A stretch of 64,000 bases of DNA, taken from positions 6,916,122 to 6,980,121 of the forward strand of contig MU053810.1 of NCBI GenBank assembly GCA_013239625.1, given 5' to 3'. The position numbers and the translations under genes are program-made. Under the pieces are notes generated by a model. That model did not search any database. It was not told the DNA's origin and saw only the letters and a program-made list of their open reading frames with translations. Source of the stretch: Lama guanicoe (taxonomy: Eukaryota). Position 1 is the first letter of the stretch. Each line of letters starts with the position of its first letter. Positions 54,173-64,000 of this stretch are shown in pieces.

Positions 54173-54278
54173 CTCTGAATTGTTAAGATGACACTTGTGA
54201 GTTCCTGAAAACCAGCCATCACTTGAACACTGGTCAATGTCCACTTTCTGAAGATTTATGTCAACTTTCATGACACCC
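54173..54278 (-). CDS. GPR158: GPR158 internal coding exon (exon 2), 106 nt; encodes (R)GVMKVDINLQKVDIDQCSSDGWFSGTHKCHLNNSE, end of the extracellular Cache region and start of the Cys-rich/EGF-like stalk
   Basis: Minus strand reads polypyrimidine tract ttgttctttctgtctttctctgtttttaAG|G GGT GTC ATG AAA GTT GAC...AAC AAT TCA GAG|GTAAGA. 1+105 nt are open (phase 2 in, phase 0 out). Peptide recognised as GPR158 (DIDQCSSDGWFSGTHKCHLNNSE), distinct from paralog GPR179. Confidence 0.96.
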
Positions 54279-56314
54279 CTTAAAAACAGAGAAAGACAGA
54301 AAGAACAAATTAATCTGGGCTTTTGCAATTTGTAACTCTTTATTCTACCCTAGAAGTCAGACAAATCAGCATAAAGAATGCACTAAAAATTTTCAAATTT
54401 CCCACTCATATTCATTTAATGGGTACCAACTGAAGATAGAGACACAACAGAACAAAATCAGCAAGTATTATTTTTATATAAGTCCCAAAGGCAGGGGTTC
54501 TGTACTGTTCACTGTCTTCATCTCCCTGTATAATGACTAGTGCCCAGTAGGTGTTCAATAAATATTTGTTGATTGACCAAACTCAGGACAGTATTGCTCC
54601 AGACATGGTAGCAAAGTTGACTCTGATTTAATATCTGTTCCCAGTACCCATTTTATTAAAGTAAAAAAAATCTAAAGCCCTTATCTCATTTCTTTCTATT
54701 TCTAGTTCCCAATGCAAGGCCAGGGATGGGGAAGTTGGGACAAGGTGGCAAGGGTGCTTAATTAGGAGAAAGACAGTGTCAGAAAATAAGCATCTCTTTC
54801 CTCTGATCTTCTATCACAGTCATTTTAATCAGTTCTTCAGGTCTTCCAGTGTTCCACACCAGAGATTTGCACCATCCACAGAAGTACTGATTAGTGTTTA
54901 TTCTTTTAAGTCTAGAAACAAGAACACTGCATTTCACTTACCCATTTGAGAAAAGTCATTAAGAAAGAGAACTCACAAATTCAGAGCCAAAAGCAAAATT
55001 GCAAAGGAAGTTCCAACTTTAAAATTCCTCCATTTTTGCCAACAAATCTCCCTACATTTTCCTAAGATCCCCCTCTTCTATTTTTCACCACCACCAGCAT
55101 CTCTAGCAGCAAAAGCAACAGACATACCTGTCCTACACTGAACTACTGCACCTGGAATTAATTGAAATAATTTTTCTGTGGACTGGGCCGTGAAGTCCAC
55201 AGCTCTGTAATGTCTTTTTTCACAAACTTAAATAAAGCAGAAACACTCCAATGAAACTCACTAAACATAAAAACACATGTTGAAGGTCCCATGTCCCCTA
55301 CTTAAACTATTTTCATTATGATATTATTAATGTGTACAAACATAAAGGTAGGCTCAAATTCCTTATATTATAGCTCTTCCAGCTACAACATACACATATA
55401 CACAAAATAACAAAACAAAGGCAAATGAAACTGTCAAGCCAACAAATTTGAAATTTAAAATATTAATTTAAAAACACCAATGATTACATTTTTCCCACCT
55501 CTCAGAAAAGGGATATGATATCAACTGCTAGTTCAGCAAGCCTATTTTACCATGTTATGACTCATTTTTCTCATCTCTTTTCTCCTTTCAAGCTACTGTG
55601 AAATCTTGACAGAGTGGCTTCACGTCATTGGGGCTTCATCTAGAGTGAATAAATCATTTACTTTTTAAGGCTGCCTCTGTTCTTGCTAACCTGTGACAAA
55701 GTATGTACTACACCACATAGTGCTAACAAGCAGGCACACCAAAACCTCCTGTCAGTACTTGGATGTCCAGGCAACCCAGAATATGAGTAAGTTCACTTCT
55801 CAGGGGATCACTGAAAGGAAAACCCAAACGTTTACCATAAAAAACTTACAAATCCTTCCAAGAAATAGCCGCAGTTTGCAAAACATTACTATTGTGGACC
55901 ATAATTCCATAAAACAAATGTTATTCATGCGATAAATAACTGAACTCCCAAGTAATAAAATGCCTTGACCCAGTTCACTCCTTCGCTCTTTCAACAAATA
56001 CTTATCACCTGGAATGTGCATATCTACATGAGAAGCCATGAAGGTGAACCATACAGGTCCTGCCCAAGCAATCCCAAAAGGTTTACAGTGTCTTAAAAAG
56101 TATCAGAACGTTTCATGGAGAACGGACGCTAAATCCTGGGGGATGAGGAAAGTTACCATTTGGGGTAGAGCAGGTATTCCATAAATATTGGCTGACTTGT
56201 TGACTGCCTTCACCCACCAAGATTTCCCACAGAACTATGTTCTATCAGGTCCTGCCAATCATGCAAGCCCACTCTTGGCTCTACTCATGCTCTTTGGAAA
56301 ATAACATTCTTTTT

Positions 56315-56620
56315 CTAATTCATTCAATAAATCACCTATTGAGCACCTACTATGGGCCAAAATTGTTCTTGGTCTTTGAAATATATTAGTAAATCAGAGG
56401 GGAAAAAAAAAGTTCCTGCCTTCATGGAGCTCATCTCCAGTGTGGGACAAATAATAAATCATGGCTATAATACGTAAGTAAATTATGCTACACATTACAA
56501 ACTTAAAAAAGCAATGGAGAAAAAAATTCAAGCAGGTAAGGAGGATGGGTGGGAATAGAGGGTAGGTTATAAAAACATTTTTTTAAGGATGTCAGGATAA
56601 GCCTCACTGAGGTGAGATTT
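56315..56620 (-). mobile_element. L2 3' end
   Basis: attcattcaataaatcacctattgagcacctactatgggcca...cctgccttcatggagctca. Confidence 0.75.
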
Positions 56621-56984
56621 CTAACCCAGTGGTTCAAGGTATAATCATAGCAAGTTTGTAGTCACACATTTTCTAAAGGACACAAAATTTCCCACTGGAC
56701 TAAGCACAAGACAGGATTCATCCCTCAGTGAGATTTGTGATTTCCCTAATGTTCTCTCTCCATCAATGGGCTTCCATCCTTCCAAGTCCATAACCTGTTC
56801 ATTCTGAAACTCACCCCCCGAATGAAAACAGTTGCCAAGTTCCTTAGATTCTACTCCCTGTCTGCTTCCTGTATCTCAACCCGTACCCACCATTTCTGCT
56901 GTTTCTGCTTGGTTCAGGCCTTCATCTCAGGGAGCTAAAAAAATGTTTGTAATAGTTTACTAATTTAGACCTCTCTAACTTTGC

Positions 56985-57445
56985 TCCAGGTGAGGATTTC
57001 AGTTTGTAGGTCCTGGCGTTTATACAGTTTAGGTTCCTTCTTTAAGAAACAAATACAAAATCATGAATATAAATTTATATCACAGTATGACCTTTGGCCC
57101 TACATCTTTGTGTTATAACTGCTGGTTGGGTTGTAAGATCATTACCAGAAGGTATTTCTATACTAAGATGGCTGGCAGTAATTTAGCTATAGACAGATGT
57201 GACTATAAGCTATTTTAACATATATTACTAAATAATCCAGAACTGATCCTTAACCAATTTCCAAAAATGCCCACAGCCTAGGGAAAATGTAGTGGAGGGA
57301 GTTTATAGTAGAAAGAGACCATTCAGTTAAATCTTCCTTTTGCAAATTTTACAAAAAACGGTTGACCACAAAACCCGTTAGTGCCCACTCCAGGACTTTA
57401 GAAAGTTCCCATGCAAGCCAGCAGCCCTAAAGCTTAAGCATCAAA
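56985..57445. mobile_element. MER115/Zaphod-like hAT-Tip100 remnant within an L2 (~56760-57950)
   Basis: tttatacagttt...ctttaagaaacaaatacaaaatcatgaatataaatt; cccatgcaag...gccctaaagcttaagc. Confidence 0.5.
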
Positions 57446-58399
57446 CACTGCTGTCTGTTTAATCTTTGAAACCTGTAAATATGATCCTCATAATTCACTG
57501 CTTAAAATCAGTATTTCCCACTCTTGTAAAGAATAAAACCCAGGCTCTTTGGTGTAACATTATATCCAGGCCCCTTCTACTTCCAACTCTCCACTCACTC
57601 TCTTGCATACATTCACTGTTCCAGACAATTCAGAATTACACGTGAGGCCCTAAATAATTCATGCTATCTCAGAAAATCATTCTTTTATAGATACCTTCAT
57701 ACCTAAAGCCCCTTTGCCTAAGCTGTGCTTTACCTATCAGCTCCTACCCAGCTCCTTTCTAAAGCCTTCCATGAACTCCAAGTCTCATTTATAAACTAAC
57801 TCTCTATTCTCCCCATTAAACACTGTGCTTACCTTCCTTATACCACTAGCACTCTTTACTATAATATTTGATTTTTAATGATCTGTTTTTCTCACCAGAC
57901 TAAAATATCTATAGCCCATGTCTTTGTAATATTTTCCCTCAGCTCCTAAATCCACCCATCCCCAAAATTAACCCTGAAAAAACTGCAGATACTAGGGAGA
58001 TGCAAATGGTAGCTAAAATAACAATGACCAAAAAAGAAGAGAGAGAGTAAGAGAAACTAAAAACTATGATGAACTTATATGGGTGAATGAATAGAAAGAA
58101 AAACTAGATAGGTTGAAGGAAAGTTTTGAAATTCTGCTTTTGTTTCTTCACTGTGTTACCTTGGACAATAATTTTCCTTCTCCATCACTCCAAAAAATTG
58201 ACAGTAACAGCCCACGTAGTCCTTTGTTAAGATCTCAGAAAGATCTAAGGCAGTGTTTCATAGAGGCTTTCAGCGAGACTAAAGGGCTTCCAATGGTCAT
58301 ATGGGTATGCCTCAAAGACCTTCTCTGTTAAACAGAGATTCTAAGATTCTCAAGGCTTTACTGCATAGCAACCACAGGGCCTAAGATAGAAAACTTATC

Positions 58400-59535
58400 T
58401 TAAAAGAGATTTGTAAATGTGGCTTTCATCTAGTAGAATGAACTCCAGTGAGATTCATGGAAAACCCACATTTTTCAATGAACAGCATAGACAGGAGAAC
58501 TATCATCTTGAATTAAAAGGAAATGAGTACAAAATTGTAAAAGATACCTCCCCCACCCCCACCCTTCTATGGGCATGAAGCAAACTGAGAAGGCCATCCA
58601 GCAGCAGAGTCAGTTTCTTAAGGAAAAGGAAGGCTAGCTCAGAGGAGAGACTCAAGAGCCCAGAGGGTAAAGCCAGGACCTTCAGAGAATTTTCCCAGGG
58701 AGCAGGACTGGTCCTAATCAAGAGATTGGTGGTATGTGTTGAAGTGAATTTCAGAACTGCCATAGACTAGTAACTGCTATGTGCATCCTGCTTCTTCAAC
58801 TGAAGTGTTATTGTAGTTGTTCAATCTCTTAACCACATTTGGATGTTGAGGGGATACTGGGGAGAGGGGGCAGATTTAATTTTTCTTTATAGGTCTTCAA
58901 ATTGAGAGGTACTATATTTGAGGAACCGTACACATAGATACTCATGCTCATCTGGATCTCATTCAGATGGCTAAATCCAGACTTTTAAGACAACATCACA
59001 ATGAAATGAGACTTTGTGGGTGGGGGACTTGAGAGGGGTAGGTGTATAGGAAGCTCAGCTACCCTGAGATTATCCTGCGGTGAGTAATACAAGATGCCAG
59101 GTGGAGTAAATGTGGAAGGAGAGTTTACTGAGCAGTTCCCATACATCCCCCAGCTATTCCAAACATCCCAGTCCAGTTGCCAGATATACGAGTAAATAAG
59201 CCATCTTAGAAGTGGATCTTCCAGCCTCAGCCACCCTAGCTGATACTACATACATTAGAAGCAAACTGCTTAGCCAAGCCCTTCCCAGATTTGTGATACA
59301 CAGAACTGTGAGAACAATGAGGGGAGGGTATAGATCATTGGTAGAGAGTGTGTATAGCATGCAGGAGGTCCTGGGTTCAATCCCCAGTACCTCCATTAAA
59401 AAAAATTAAATAAATAAACCTAATTACCTACCACCACCCCACCCCCCAACTTTACAGAACTGTGAGAATAAAATGCTTGTTTTATGCCCCTAGGTTTTCT
59501 CAGTAATTTATTATGCAGAAATAGGTGACTGAAAC
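58400..59535 (+). mobile_element. MaLR remnant: 3' internal sequence (~58400-59040) followed by MLT1(H-like) LTR (~59043-59535)
   Basis: catctggatctcattcagatgg...aatgagactttgtggg purine tract; gccatcttagaagtggatcttccagcctcagcc; aataaaatgcttgttttatgcccctaggtttt. Confidence 0.65.
59321..59453 (+). mobile_element. Camelid tRNA-derived SINE (Vic-1-like) inserted in the MLT1 LTR
   Basis: ggggagggtatag...gtagag...gaggtcctgggttcaatccccagtacctcca (A and B boxes); TSD acagaactgtgagaa at 59300 and 59454. Confidence 0.9.
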
Positions 59536-60111
59536 ATCTAACCAATATAGATACTGTGTATTGGGAAGGAAACAGTAGCTTAAGAGAATATAGCCACCAA
59601 GAACATAAATGCACCTAAGCGCATGCACGTGTGTTTGTGTCTGTGGGTGTATTGTCAACAATTGACATAACAAGAGAAATAAACAATTGTATTTGGAAAT
59701 TCTGACATACCTCTCTGAGAAACTGATAAGTCAAAGAAGCAATTAGCAAATATCTCAACATTATATTTAGTAGACTTAAAGTATTTAGGCATATATAAGG
59801 TACATGTTCTTCACATGACAATTCACTTTCTATTTTAACATGCACAGAATATTAACTAAATATTTACCAAAAATAAATCAGAGATATTTCAGAGAGAACC
59901 TTAGATTCCAAAGAATCAGTGTCATACACACTATGTCCTTTAGTCATAAGCATTAAATTATAAATTAAGTTTCTTAAAAGGATAGCTTAAATACATCCTG
60001 CATGTTTGGAAAATAAAAACAAATTCCTAAATAACCCTTAAGTTGAAAAAGAAATTAATGAATACTTGGATATGAATGGCAGTGAATACACTACAAGTAA
60101 AACAAAATTCT

Positions 60112-61079
60112 GGAACAGGGTTAGAAAAATGAATGAACCTAAGCCTGGGGCAGGGAATACGCAAAATAAGACTAAAGCATCATTTTCAGAAAATAAGAAC
60201 AAAGGCATGTCAAAAGGACACAAGCCAACTTAAGAGAGTTACCAGTTGTGAAAGTTGGAGCAATCTGAACAACAAAATAAATTATAATATTGGATTCAAC
60301 ACCTAAAATAAATATCCCTAAGTCCATCCTGATATAAATAAATGATTAAGTAACTACATGAGGAAGAAGGAACAACTCTTCGTTACAAAAGAATTCCATC
60401 TCATAAATTTAGAAGGAATGAGAGAAATAGGAAATCATCACTAGTAAGTGTTGCAGGCAAGACCTGCTGATAAACCCTAAAATTAGTGGGGAAAACATTA
60501 AGAAGAAACAGGATATTTGAATAAGCTCAAAGCATCTCATCTTCTCCAAAACATTCATTCATTACTGTAGTGGTTTTAACATGTATCCAAAATTAGGAAC
60601 AGGGTTAGAAAAATGAATGAACCTAAGCCTGGGGCAGGGAATACGCAAAATAAGACTAAAGCATCATTTTCAGAAAATAAGAACAAAGGCATGTCAAAAG
60701 GACACAAGCCAACTTAAGAGAGTTACCAGTTGTGAAAGTTGGAGCAATCTGAACAACAAAATAAATTATAATATTGGATTCAACACCTAAAATAAATATC
60801 CCTAAGTCCATACTCATAATAAATAAATGATTAAGTAACTACATGAGGAAGAAGGAACAACTCTTCGTTACAAAAGAATTCCATCTCATAAATTTAGAAG
60901 GAATGAGAGAAATAGGAAATCATCACTAGTAAGTGTTGCAGGCAAGACCTGCTGATAAACCCTAAAATTAGTGGGGAAAACATTAAGAAGAAACAGGATA
61001 TTTGAATAAGCTCAAAGCATCTCATCTTCTCCAAAACATTCATTCATTACTGTAGTGGTTTTAACATGTATCCAAAATT
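60112..61079. repeat. Tandem direct duplication, unit ~484 bp (copy 1 60112-60594, copy 2 60596-61079)
   Basis: Both copies read ggaacagggttagaaaaatg...acatgtatccaaaatt. They are identical by eye except catcctgat-ataaat vs catactcataataaat. Confidence 0.95.
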
Positions 61080-61527
61080 TGTTGATACTCCTCCCTCCAC
61101 GCAGAAGTTAATTCACTTTCCCTTGGGTATAAGCTTAACTTAGTGATTCACTTAGAATAAAGAATGGAAAGGGGAAAATAGTAACTTTAGAGTGGAGAAA
61201 CATGGCAGGCATCACACCAACCAAGTGATTAAGGTCTCCATCACCAATAATAAGATATATAATACTGTGTACTCTCTGGTATGGTGCAATGAGAAGGGCA
61301 TTTACCCTCTGTTGTATTCTTCCAAGAAGTCCAAAACTTCAGTCTAATCATGAGAAACCATCAGAAAAATCCAAATTGAGGGATATTCAACAAAATATCT
61401 TCTCAGCACACTTCAGAAGTGTCAGCTGATAGTTGATAACATAAAAGAATATTGGTTATAAAGACAAGGAAAGACTGAGAAACTATCACAGACTGCAGGA
61501 GACTAAGGAAATATGAAAAACAAATGA

Positions 61528-61901
61528 TATATTAGTTTGCTAAGGCTGCCATAAGAAAGTCCCCAGATTGAGTGATTTAAACAACAGAAATATATTTTCT
61601 CATAATTCTGGAGGCTAAAAGTCCAAGATCAAGGTGTCAGCAGATTTGGTTTCTTCTGAGGCCTCTCTCCTTGGCTTGTAGATGTCTGTCTTCTCACTGT
61701 GTTTTCACATGGTCTTCACTTTGTGTGTTCCTGTGCCCTAATTTCCTCTTAAGAGGACACAAGTCATGTTGGATTAGGGCCCATTCTCATTTTAACTTAA
61801 TTACCTCTTTAAAGATCCTGTCTCAAAATACAGTCACATTCTGAGGTACTGTGGGTTAAGACGTTTGCATGTGAATTTGGGGGAAAATGCAGCCTATAAG
61901 A
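61528..61901 (-). mobile_element. MLT1B MaLR solo LTR
   Basis: tattagtttgctaaggctgccata...ttctggaggctaaaagtccaagatcaaggtgtcagcag...cagtcacattctgaggtactg. Confidence 0.9.
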
Positions 61902-63223
61902 TATGATATCCTATTTTGGATCCTGGAAGAGAGACAACATTAGTGGAAAAATTATATTAGTTTCTTACTTTTGATAATTTTACATAAGATGTTACTGTTA
62001 CAGGGAGCTGGGGGAAGGGTAGGTGGGAACTTTCTGTATTATCTTTGCTAATCTTCTGAAGGTCCAAAAGTATTTCAAAATAGTTCAAATAAATTAGTTA
62101 TAAAGAAACTAAATTTCTTTGAAAAGATAAATAAGGGAGACTCGAATTAAAGAGAAAATATGCATATAAACAAAATAGGCAAACAATACACAGAAAAACA
62201 GATACAAAGGAATGTTTGTAAAACTGGTATTATGACTGATTATTCTGTAACAAACATAAAGAACTAGAGGAAATCAATAAAAAGGATAAATTGATACAAA
62301 ATGTAAAATGCCAAATTTGTCCCAAGAGGGAATGTGAAATTTGAATATAACCATAAGCATAAAAAAATTTTAAATCATTCATTTGCCAGAAAAACTTCAG
62401 GCCTTCATACATGATTTTGTATACGAATTCTAGCAAATTTTTAAGGAATAGTTCTCTTATTTTCACAAGTTCCTAAAACCAAAAAAGAACTAAAACCATC
62501 CAATTTATTTTACATGGTTTTGCTTCCAAACCACATAAAAACAATATTAAAAAAAAAGCAGTCGCATTTTAACTATGCATATAAGTCTAAGAATCCTAAT
62601 CAAAATATCAGCTAAGCAAATATTAAAATATATTAAAATAATTACACATCATGATCCACTGGAGTATATCTCAAGAATAAAAGTATGTTTCAATATTAGA
62701 AATATATCAGTGAAATTCACAGCTTAGTAGGAGAAATGAGAAAAAATTATATGATTGTTTTAACCAATATAAAAATGCACTTTACAAAGTTCCAACACCT
62801 AACTTTTTTTTAATGGTAAACTAGAAATAGAAGGAAATTCTTAACTTAATAAAACCTGCCTCTATCAACCCTATACTTAAAGGAAAAACTTAAAAGATGT
62901 TCCCTTTAAATCAAAAATGTTTACTGTCACAGATGCCATTTAACACTTACTAAAAGTCACAACTAATTCTATAAGGAAAAAAGTGAGATGTAAAGATCAG
63001 AAGAGAAGCAATTAAACTGTTATTATTTGTAGATGACATGATCACTTATCTAGCAGTAAAATCAACAAATATGAGAACAATAAGAAAATTCAGCAAAGTT
63101 GTTAGATACCAGATAGCGTTTCTCTATACCAACAATCTCCAACAAAAAGTCAGCACTAAAAATATACCATTTAAAATAGTAACAGAACTTATAAATTCTC
63201 TAGTAATTAAGAGTACACATGAT

Positions 63224-63450
63224 GGGGGAGGGTATAGCTCAGTGGTAGAGTGCATGTTTAGCCTGCCTGAGGTCCTTGGTTCAATCCCCAGTACTTCCAT
63301 TAAAATAAATAAATAAATAAACAAACAAGCAAACAAACCTGCTTACCTCACCCCAAAACAAAAGCAGAACAAAAAATGAATAAATAAAATATTTGTTTAA
63401 ATACACATAGAATACACATTTAAAAAAATAATTTAAATAAAATAAGTAAA
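63224..63450 (+). mobile_element. Camelid tRNA-derived SINE (Vic-1-like) with long A-rich tail
   Basis: ggggagggtatagctcagtggtagagtgcatgtttagc...gaggtccttggttcaatccccagtacttcca. Confidence 0.9.
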
Positions 63451-64000
63451 TCAAGAATACATGAAACTTACAGAGAAATTTTGTAACTCTAATGAAGGAC
63501 AAAATAGATCTGAATAAATGGAGAGACATTTTATGTTCTGAAAGGTAATAATTTTACTGTTTTAAAAATGTCAGTTCTCATCAAATGGAGCTATAAATGT
63601 AATGCAGAATCAATCAAAATTCTGTACAGATTTTTTAGAAATTTGATACCATACTTTAAGTAGAAAAATAAGAGTCAGCTGTGAAAAGGGGAAAGAGGTA
63701 GGCTTTCCCCAAGCAAATATTGAGACATATTACCCAACCACAGCAATAAAACATTATAGTGTTGACAGGAGAACAAACATGGGAAGTGGTTGAACAAAAT
63801 AGAGAGCTCTGAGACATACATGTGCATGTAAGGCCCTTATATGTAAAATAAAGGAGGATAGTGTTGGGAACCTGGCTCACTAAATGTAACTGGATCCCTA
63901 CTCAATACCATGTATAAAAGTGAATACACAGCCTGTGAAAGGTACAACTTTAAAGATAGTAGTCGATTTAAGAGAATGTTTTTGTGGGAAGGCATTGAGA

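Larger units (their letters stand above)
54279..64000 (-). other. GPR158: GPR158 intron 1 (3' part)
   Basis: Ends at AG acceptor 54280-54279. No CpG island or exon 1 sequence in the window. Confidence 0.85.
59600..64000 (+). mobile_element. Composite old L1 region: L1ME-like ORF2 remnants interrupted by an L1MC/MD-like 3'UTR (~60112-62080), MLT1B and a SINE
   Basis: gaactagaggaaat...; aaactagaaatagaaggaaattcttaact; ttatttgtagatgacatgat (FxDDM motif); cagtctaatcatgagaaaccatcagaaaaatccaaattgagggatatt. Confidence 0.8.

Noticed and set aside
59321..59395. tRNA-like sequence with A/B boxes (also 63224-63298)
   Set aside because: SINE heads with A-rich tails and TSD; not functional tRNA genes.

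Overview
AT-rich mammalian genomic DNA, most likely camelid (alpaca/llama/camel), judged from two tRNA-derived Vic-1-type SINEs and a young L1 3' end. The whole window appears to lie inside GPR158 (class C GPCR, reported metabotropic glycine receptor) on the minus strand. The only coding sequence I can support is a 106-nt exon at 54173-54278 (GVMKVDINLQKVDIDQCSSDGWFSGTHKCHLNNSE; matches my recollection of GPR158 exon 2). That puts intron 2 at 1-54172 and intron 1 at 54279-64000. The rest is intronic repeat landscape: L1, L2, L3/CR1, MIR, MaLR/ERVL/ERV1 LTRs and hAT DNA transposon relics. Most ORFs in the supplied track are L1 remnants or chance ORFs. I found no convincing new biological system. 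The most notable structures are: a 484-bp near-perfect tandem duplication with breakpoint microhomology; a twin-primed, 5'-inverted L1 with a 14-bp TSD and a large internal deletion; an intact ERV1-type solo LTR nested in an MLT1 LTR; two candidate poison exons next to AP-1 clusters; and a G-rich tract that is YCAY-dense on the pre-mRNA. Repeat subfamily names come from recalled consensus sequences, and boundaries of old repeats are approximate.
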